A stretch of DNA of 64,000 bases, from assembly GCA_017521465.1 (NCBI GenBank), contig JAFXCN010000001.1, forward strand, positions 4,762-68,761, written 5' to 3'. The stretch comes from Clostridia bacterium. Its GTDB lineage: Bacteria; Bacillota; Clostridia; TANB77; UBA1234. Position 1 is the first letter of the stretch; each line of letters starts with the position of its first letter. The notes below the pieces were generated by a model. The model ran no database searches, was not told the origin of the DNA, and saw nothing but the letters and a program-made list of their open reading frames with translations. Below are positions 57,773-64,000 of the stretch, piece by piece. Both the position numbers and the translations under genes were made by a program.

Positions 57773-57975
57773 AATCTAACTAATCATTGGAGACCGGTAA
57801 TGATGGGAGATGTCCCACATGTATCGAGTGTTCTAGCTGAATAGGCTGAGGAGTAGATTCCGGTGAGGCTCGAAAGGCTGATGTGTGATGTAGTTAGAAA
57901 TAATATAGGAAGGATGCTTTTATGGAAGAGTCATCTATGTAGAACGCACATACCGTTAGTTATCTGGTATGTGCG
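57773..57975 (+). ncRNA. candidate small RNA (about 200 nt) driven by a consensus TTGACT -17- TATAAT promoter (57738-57766), ending at a hairpin
   Basis: Perfect-spacing promoter, no ORF of at least 60 aa on the plus strand, GC-enriched structured sequence, terminal hairpin AACGCACATACC...GGTATGTGCGTT at 57943-57975. Confidence 0.4.
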
Positions 57976-57986
57976 TTTTACGTTGT

Positions 57987-59094
57987 TTACTTATTCATAT
58001 TCATTTTTAGATATGCATCTATAAAATCATCTAATTCTCCGTCCATAACAGCTTGAACATTCCCTGTTTCAAAATTAGTTCTATGATCTTTTACCATTGT
58101 GTACGGACAAAATACATATGAACGTATTTGGCTTCCCCATGCTATTTCTCTTTGTATTCCTTTTAAATCTTCTATTTTTTCTTTATTTTCTTTTTCTTTT
58201 AATTCAAATAATTTAGACATTAACATTTTCATTGCAGTTTCTCTATTTTGAATTTGTGAACGTTGAGTTTGGCATGAAACTATTATATTAGTTGGTATAT
58301 GTGTTATTCTAATTGCAGATTCTGTTTTATTTACATGTTGTCCACCAGCACCACTTGAACGATATGTATCAACTTTCAAATCGTTTGGATCAATTTCTAT
58401 TTCAATATTATCATCTATTTCTGGTATTACTTCAACTGATGCAAACGAAGTATGTCTTCTTCCACCTGCATCAAATGGTGATATTCTTACAAGTCTATGA
58501 ACTCCATTTTCACCTTTTAAATATCCATAAGCATTAGCACCATTAACACTAAATGTAACGCTTTTTATTCCAGCTCCGTCACCTTCTAAATAATCTAGTT
58601 CTTCAACTTTATATCCATTCTTTTCAGACCACATTGTATACATTCTATAAAGCATTTCCGCCCAGTCTTGAGCTTCTGTTCCACCTGCTCCTGGATGTAT
58701 TGTTATGATGGCATTATTTTGATCGTTTTTTTCTGCTAGTAAATTTTCTATTTCTAATTTTTCTATTTCTTTTGTCAATTCTTTTATATTTTGTTTTACT
58801 TCGGAAACTATTTCTATATCATTTTCTTCATTTCCTAAATCAATTAAAACAAGAGTATCATCATGTAGTGTACTAACTTTTTTGTATTTATCTAATTTAT
58901 CTTTTAATATTTTTATCTCTTTTAAAACAACGCTAGACTTACTACTGTCACTCCAAAAATCCGCTTCATTAGTCATATCTTCTAGCTCTTTTAATCTTGC
59001 GTTTTTGGTAGCAATGTCAAAGAGATTCACCCATTTCTTTTAATCTTCTTGTTAACTCTTTCATAGAGTATTTAGCTTCATCAAGCTCTAACAT
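57987..59094 (-). CDS. prfB: peptide chain release factor 2, with programmed +1 frameshift
   Basis: Frame-0 ORF MLELDEAKYSMKELTRRLKEMGESL ends at CTT TGA C (59017-59022); the +1 frame continues DIATKNARLKEL... through the GGQ and SPF motifs. Confidence 0.9.
59017..59022 (-). other. prfB: prfB +1 ribosomal frameshift site CUU UGA C with upstream internal SD-like GGGUG
   Basis: Sequence AAATGGGTGAATCTCTTTGAC read on the minus strand. Confidence 0.85.
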
Positions 59095-59107
59095 AAATTC
59101 ACTTCCT

Positions 59108-59689
59108 TTACTTGTTTTTATTATATTTAACAGTCTTTAAAATCTCAAGAGCAGCATTCGCATTTTCTCCTACAAGTCCACTATTCCAAGCCGCAATTTT
59201 AGATTCTCCATCTTCAAAATATGCATACTCCCAATTTTCATTGTCGTTATAATATCCAACTTCTACTTCTATGCCATTATCTAAATTTATTTTTTCAACC
59301 TTAAGTCCAGTTCCACAAACTCCAAACCTATTAGCACAATATACATTCATATAGGTTTCTGAATTTTTAGGATAAATTTTTAATCCACATCTATACATGC
59401 TATTTGTAAAATCTGTAATAATTTCAAACTCCCAATCATCAGGAATAGTTAAATTTAAATAATCATTATTGACATCATAAATAGCTTGTTTTTCATTTAT
59501 AATCATTTCCTCTTTTGAAACATTAATAATTTCATCAATTCCAACTGGTGGTGCATAATCATAACCCCATGTACTGAATACAACTGGTTTATTATTTTCC
59601 ATACAATTCATATCAATTAAATATGCACCAAAAATTGATAAAACAATCGCAGCAATTATAGCTATAGTAATTAATATACTTTTTTTCAT
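59108..59689 (-). CDS. hypothetical membrane-anchored protein
   Basis: 193 aa; N-terminal signal anchor. Confidence 0.45.
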   Translation of the reverse strand: MKKSILITIAIIAAIVLSIFGAYLIDMNCMENNKPVVFSTWGYDYAPPVGIDEIINVSKEEMIINEKQAIYDVNNDYLNLTIPDDWEFEIITDFTNSMYRCGLKIYPKNSETYMNVYCANRFGVCGTGLKVEKINLDNGIEVEVGYYNDNENWEYAYFEDGESKIAAWNSGLVGENANAALEILKTVKYNKNK

Positions 59690-59818
59690 AAAGTCACAAC
59701 CTTTCCATTAATTAGACAAAAATATGTAAGAAAAGTTTCATCAAACTTTAGTTTGGCAGTTCAATAATATCACAAAAGCGTGCAATTATCAATAATTACA
59801 CGCTTTACTGCTTAAATA

Positions 59819-62548
59819 CTACCCGTTTGCTCCACAGCACTTTTTATATTTCTTCCCACTTCCACATGGACACAAATCGTTTCTTCCAACTTTTTCGCCT
59901 TTATTTACTTTTGGTTGTGATTTTGCTGTTGAAGCTGCTTTTGCAGATTCGAAATTGGTTATTAATTTTTTCATTATGTCTGGCAATTTATTTTCTTGTT
60001 CTTGAACTTTTCTTGAATGAAGTATTGTTCTTATAACCTCTTCTTCTATGCTTGCTGTCATTTCATTAAACATGTCATAACTTTCATATTTAAACTCTGT
60101 TACAGGATCTCTTTGGCCATAAGCTCTCAAGTTAACCCCTTGCTTTAATTGGTCCATAGCATCAATGTGATCCATCCACTTTGCATCTACAGTTTTTAAG
60201 ATAACATATCTTTCATATTTTCTTAATTCTTCTGCTCCAATCTCTTCTTCTTTTTCTCTATATTTTTCTTCTGCAAGTTTCTTCACATCTTCGCGTATTT
60301 TTTCAATTTTATCGGTTTCTAGCGTATATTCAACATTATAAACTTTTTGAATATATTTCTCGAATTCTTCTTTTTCGATTCCAGAATCCTCAGGTAATAT
60401 ATGCATATCAACAATGTTATCAACAGAATCAGCTAGCATTTTAAGCACAGTTTCTCTCATATCTGTACCATCTAAAATTTGATTTCTTTCGTTATAGATT
60501 TTTTCTCTTTGCATATTCATAACATCATCAAATTGCAACACATGCTTTCTTATGCTAAAGTTTCTTGATTCAACACCTTTTTGAGCCATTTCTATTGCAT
60601 CTGTCATCATTTTCATTTCTAATGGCATATCTTCTGGTATTTTCAATAATGCTACAGTATTTTGCATTTTTTCTGTACCAAACAAACGCATTAAATCATC
60701 TTCAAATGAAATATAAAATCTTGATTCACCAACATCACCTTGACGGCCACTACGACCTCTAAGCTGATTGTCAATTCTTCTTGATTCATGTCTTTCAGTA
60801 CCTATAATTTTTAATCCACCAGCTTCAATTACTTTTTCTCTCTCTACTTTTACGTCATCATCTAATTTTTCATAAATGTGTCTATAATGATCACGAAGCA
60901 TTAATATTTTTTCGTCTGTCGTTTCATTTAAACTAACCGCATTCATAATATCTTCGTCTGAAACGCCTTGTCTACGTAATTCTTGTTTTGCTAATGCCTC
61001 TGTGTTTCCTCCAAGCAATATGTCTGTACCTCTACCAGCCATATTTGTTGCAATGGTTACAGCACCAAATCTTCCTGCTTGCGCAACAATCTCGGCTTCT
61101 TTCGCATGATATTTTGCATTTAAAACCTCATGTTTTATGCCTTCTCTTTTTAATAATCCGCTTAAATATTCAGATTTTTCAACGGTAACTGTACCAACCA
61201 GTACCGGTTGTCCTTTTTCGTGACTTTTCTTTATATCTTCTACAACAGCTCTTAATTTTGCTCTTTCTGTTTTAAATACAACATCATTATGATCTTTTCT
61301 TATCATAGGCATATTAGTTGGAATTGCAACTACATCTAATCCATATATTTCACGAAATTCGTTTTCTTCTGTCATTGCTGTACCTGTCATACCAGCTAAT
61401 TTATCAAACATTCTAAAATAATTTTGGAATGTTATTGTTGCTAGAGTTTTACTTTCATTTGCAATTTGTACATTTTCTTTAGCTTCAATTGCTTGATGCA
61501 AACCTTCACTATATCTTCTACCATACATTATTCTTCCAGTATGTTCATCAACTATTAAGATTTCTCCATCTTTAACAATGTAATCTTTATCTCTGTGCAT
61601 TACACCATTCGCACGTAATGCTTGGTTTATATGATGTAACAAAGTTATATTTTCTATATCTGAAAGATTTTCTACACCAAATTCTTTTTCTGCTTTTTTA
61701 GTTCCTGTCTCTGTTAACGCAGCAGTATGCGCTTTTTCATCAACTATATAGTCATATTTTTTATCTTCTTCATCTTCTGCTTTTTTATCATCTGATTTAG
61801 CAATAACCTTGGCACTTAATCGCTTTACAAATTTGTCTGCCGTTTTATACAAATCATTTGCTTTATCGGCCTGACCAGATATTATTAACGGAGTACGAGC
61901 TTCATCAATTAGGATACTATCTATCTCATCAACAATAGCATAATGTAATTTTCTTTGAACAACTTGATTTTTTTGTATCGCCATATTGTCTCTTAGATAA
62001 TCAAATCCAAATTCATTATTTGTACCATATGTAATATCTGCATCATATGCAGCTTTTTTCTCAGCGCCATTAATATCATGTACTATTATACCTAATGATA
62101 ATCCAAGGAAATTATACAGTTTACCCATTTCTTCACCTTGTGACTTTGCTAAGTAATCGTTTACAGTTACAAGATATGCACCTTTACCTTCTAATGCATT
62201 CAAATATAGAGGAAGTGTTGCAGTTAATGTTTTTCCTTCACCAGTTTTCATTTCTGCAATTCTTCCTTGGTGTAAAATAATACCGCCTATTAATTGAACA
62301 TCAAAAGGTCTTTTACCAAACACCCTTTTTGAAGCTTCTCTAACAACAGCAAAAGCTTCTACTAAAATATCTTCTAATGTTTCTCCATTCTTCAATCTTT
62401 CTTTAAATTCATCCGTTTTTGCTTTCAATTCAGAGTCTGATAGTTTTTCCATTGATGGTTCTAATTCATTAATTTCTGTAACATAATGTTTTATTTTCTT
62501 TACTTCTTTTTCACTATAGTCTCCAAAAATCTTTTTAAATAATCCCAT
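59819..62548 (-). CDS. secA: preprotein translocase ATPase SecA
   Basis: 909 aa; DEAD-like motor, C-terminal zinc-binding CPCGSGKKYKKCC. Confidence 0.95.
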   Translation of the reverse strand: MGLFKKIFGDYSEKEVKKIKHYVTEINELEPSMEKLSDSELKAKTDEFKERLKNGETLEDILVEAFAVVREASKRVFGKRPFDVQLIGGIILHQGRIAEMKTGEGKTLTATLPLYLNALEGKGAYLVTVNDYLAKSQGEEMGKLYNFLGLSLGIIVHDINGAEKKAAYDADITYGTNNEFGFDYLRDNMAIQKNQVVQRKLHYAIVDEIDSILIDEARTPLIISGQADKANDLYKTADKFVKRLSAKVIAKSDDKKAEDEEDKKYDYIVDEKAHTAALTETGTKKAEKEFGVENLSDIENITLLHHINQALRANGVMHRDKDYIVKDGEILIVDEHTGRIMYGRRYSEGLHQAIEAKENVQIANESKTLATITFQNYFRMFDKLAGMTGTAMTEENEFREIYGLDVVAIPTNMPMIRKDHNDVVFKTERAKLRAVVEDIKKSHEKGQPVLVGTVTVEKSEYLSGLLKREGIKHEVLNAKYHAKEAEIVAQAGRFGAVTIATNMAGRGTDILLGGNTEALAKQELRRQGVSDEDIMNAVSLNETTDEKILMLRDHYRHIYEKLDDDVKVEREKVIEAGGLKIIGTERHESRRIDNQLRGRSGRQGDVGESRFYISFEDDLMRLFGTEKMQNTVALLKIPEDMPLEMKMMTDAIEMAQKGVESRNFSIRKHVLQFDDVMNMQREKIYNERNQILDGTDMRETVLKMLADSVDNIVDMHILPEDSGIEKEEFEKYIQKVYNVEYTLETDKIEKIREDVKKLAEEKYREKEEEIGAEELRKYERYVILKTVDAKWMDHIDAMDQLKQGVNLRAYGQRDPVTEFKYESYDMFNEMTASIEEEVIRTILHSRKVQEQENKLPDIMKKLITNFESAKAASTAKSQPKVNKGEKVGRNDLCPCGSGKKYKKCCGANG

Positions 62549-62567
62549 GTTTTTCTCCTTGCTTTAT

Positions 62568-63128
62568 CTATATGTTTTTCAACCATTCATTATAATTTTC
62601 AATTATAATATTCTTAACCTCTTCTGGTGTAATATTAGTTGTGTCAACAATCAAATCATAATTATTCATATCATTTTTCTTAACACCATATAATTTAAAA
62701 TATCTATCATTTTCTAAAGTATATCTCTTTAACAAATCTTGCTTATATTCTTCAACAGTAGCAAAATTTTCAGTTGCTTTTCTACTTTCGTCTCCAAAAG
62801 CTCTTCTTGCTGATTCATCAATATCAACTTTTAGATATATTTTAAATGATTCTGGAACCGAGTACCATCCAAGTCTAGCATCAATTATAAAATTATCATT
62901 TTCTTCTGCATACTTTGTTGCACTAAGTTCTATTTGTCTATCTATTTCCGGATGTTCTTCAACGTATTTGTTAAATTCCGTAACATTCATATTGTGTTCT
63001 AACGCAAGTTTTCTAAAATATTCTCCGTTTTTATATATTTTAAAATTTAATTCATCAGCTATCATTTTAGTAACAGTAGTTTTTCCACTAGCTAAATCAC
63101 CAGTAATAGAAATTATGTGTTTCTTCAT
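62568..63128 (-). CDS. cytidylate kinase-like family P-loop kinase
   Basis: ISITGDLASGKTT Walker A; start set to ATG 63128. Confidence 0.6.
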   Translation of the reverse strand: MKKHIISITGDLASGKTTVTKMIADELNFKIYKNGEYFRKLALEHNMNVTEFNKYVEEHPEIDRQIELSATKYAEENDNFIIDARLGWYSVPESFKIYLKVDIDESARRAFGDESRKATENFATVEEYKQDLLKRYTLENDRYFKLYGVKKNDMNNYDLIVDTTNITPEEVKNIIIENYNEWLKNI

Positions 63129-63196
63129 ATACCCAAAACCTCCCATGTACAAAATATGAGAGATAAGTATTTCTCACCTCTCAATATATTTTTTGT

Positions 63197-63388
63197 TTAT
63201 TTACTAACAGTTACTTTTCCTTCATCAATTTCAATTGCTGCAGTGGTTACGTCAGATTCAACTTTAACAGAAGTAAGCTTAGGACTTCCTTGTGCTATTT
63301 GTCTTGCTCTTTTAGCTGTACCTACAACTAATGAATATTTACTTGGCACTTTATTTAATAAAGATGTCATTGATGGTTTTATTATCAT
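63197..63388 (-). CDS. rpoZ: DNA-directed RNA polymerase subunit omega
   Basis: 63 aa; YSLVVGTAKRARQI signature. Confidence 0.85.
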   Translation of the reverse strand: MIIKPSMTSLLNKVPSKYSLVVGTAKRARQIAQGSPKLTSVKVESDVTTAAIEIDEGKVTVSK

Positions 63389-63405
63389 TTTTATTCCTCC
63401 TTGTA

Positions 63406-63672
63406 TTATTCAATGTTATCTGCTATATCATCTGTAGCGTCTTTATCTAATCTATTTGCAACAGTCTCAGGTTGTATTGCAGATAAAATAACATGCTCGC
63501 TATCCATTATAATAACAGCCCTTGTTCTTCTTCCATAAGTAGCATCTATAAGTTTTCCATTATCTCTAGCATCTTGAATTATTCTTTTTATTGGAGCAGA
63601 TTCCGGACTTACAATAGCAATTAATCTATGAGCAGATACGATATTTCCAAAACCAATATTTATAAACTTCAT
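63406..63672 (-). CDS. remA: extracellular matrix/biofilm regulator RemA (DUF370)
   Basis: 88 aa; [30 protein letters not shown] near-identical family signature. Confidence 0.85.
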   Translation of the reverse strand: MKFINIGFGNIVSAHRLIAIVSPESAPIKRIIQDARDNGKLIDATYGRRTRAVIIMDSEHVILSAIQPETVANRLDKDATDDIADNIE

Positions 63673-63700
63673 ACAATCTCTCTCCTTTATAATTAATTTT

Positions 63701-64000
63701 TATTCGATATTTTGTATTTGTTCACGAATATTTTCTATTTCATTTTTTGTATCAACAACATATTTTGTTATATCTATACAATTTGCTTTAGAACCTATCG
63801 TGTTTACTTCTCTATTCATTTCTTGTACTAAGAAATCAATCTTCTTACCTATTGGACCATCACTATTATTTAAGAATTGTCTAAAAGATATTATATGACT
63901 TTTAAGTCTTGTTATTTCTTCACATATACTAGTTTTATCTGCATATAAAACTAGCTCAGCTCCTAATCTACTTTCGTCAATTATATTATTTGCTTCTAGC
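63701..64000 (-). CDS. yicC: YicC-family stress-induced protein, C-terminal part (truncated by window end)
   Basis: Minus-strand reading ends ...KYVVDTKNEIENIREQIQNIE*, the typical YicC C-terminus; lies upstream of remA as in Firmicutes. Confidence 0.6.

Overview
This is a 64-kb, low-GC (about 28-30 %) chromosomal window, most likely from a spore-forming Clostridia-type Firmicute (inferred from gene content and order). Nearly all genes run on the minus strand. The backbone is conserved housekeeping and sporulation genes: relA, recJ, miaB, efp, rho, the yabP-yabQ-divIC-yabR cluster, spoIIAA-spoIIAB-sigF, valS (with a valine T-box leader), coaD, helD, rluB, glgA, rluD, lspA, spoIVB, recN, an ECF sigma/anti-sigma pair, rlmB, mfd, a TIGR03960/TIGR03936 radical-SAM pair, prfB (with its +1 frameshift), secA, rpoZ, remA and a truncated yicC at the window edge. 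There are three tRNA genes: Leu-CAA, Leu-UAA and Trp-CCA. There is no CRISPR array, intact transposase or integrase, or rRNA. Interspersed with the backbone are compositionally foreign islets at 42-60 % GC, each with its own consensus TTGAAA-17-TATAAT promoter: a two-gene cassette after tRNA-Leu(CAA), a roughly 430-bp 60 % GC islet encoding a 77-aa ribbon-helix-helix-like protein beside an HExxH peptidase, a 111-aa orphan next to tRNA-Leu(UAA), and a small membrane protein next to tRNA-Trp. The non-coding DNA carries a family of composite intergenic repeats built from TATTCACT 8-mer clusters, a TGTAACGCAGTTCG box, a TTCGATACAAACAGTCGCAT 20-mer and GC-rich hairpins, and these repeats explain several six-frame ORFs that are artefacts. 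Other items worth a second look are a roughly 200-nt promoter-to-terminator unit with no ORF convergent with prfB, a small membrane ORF inside the valS T-box leader, a P-loop NTPase-CYTH fusion, and a 684-aa protein with a C-terminal SAM-methyltransferase domain.
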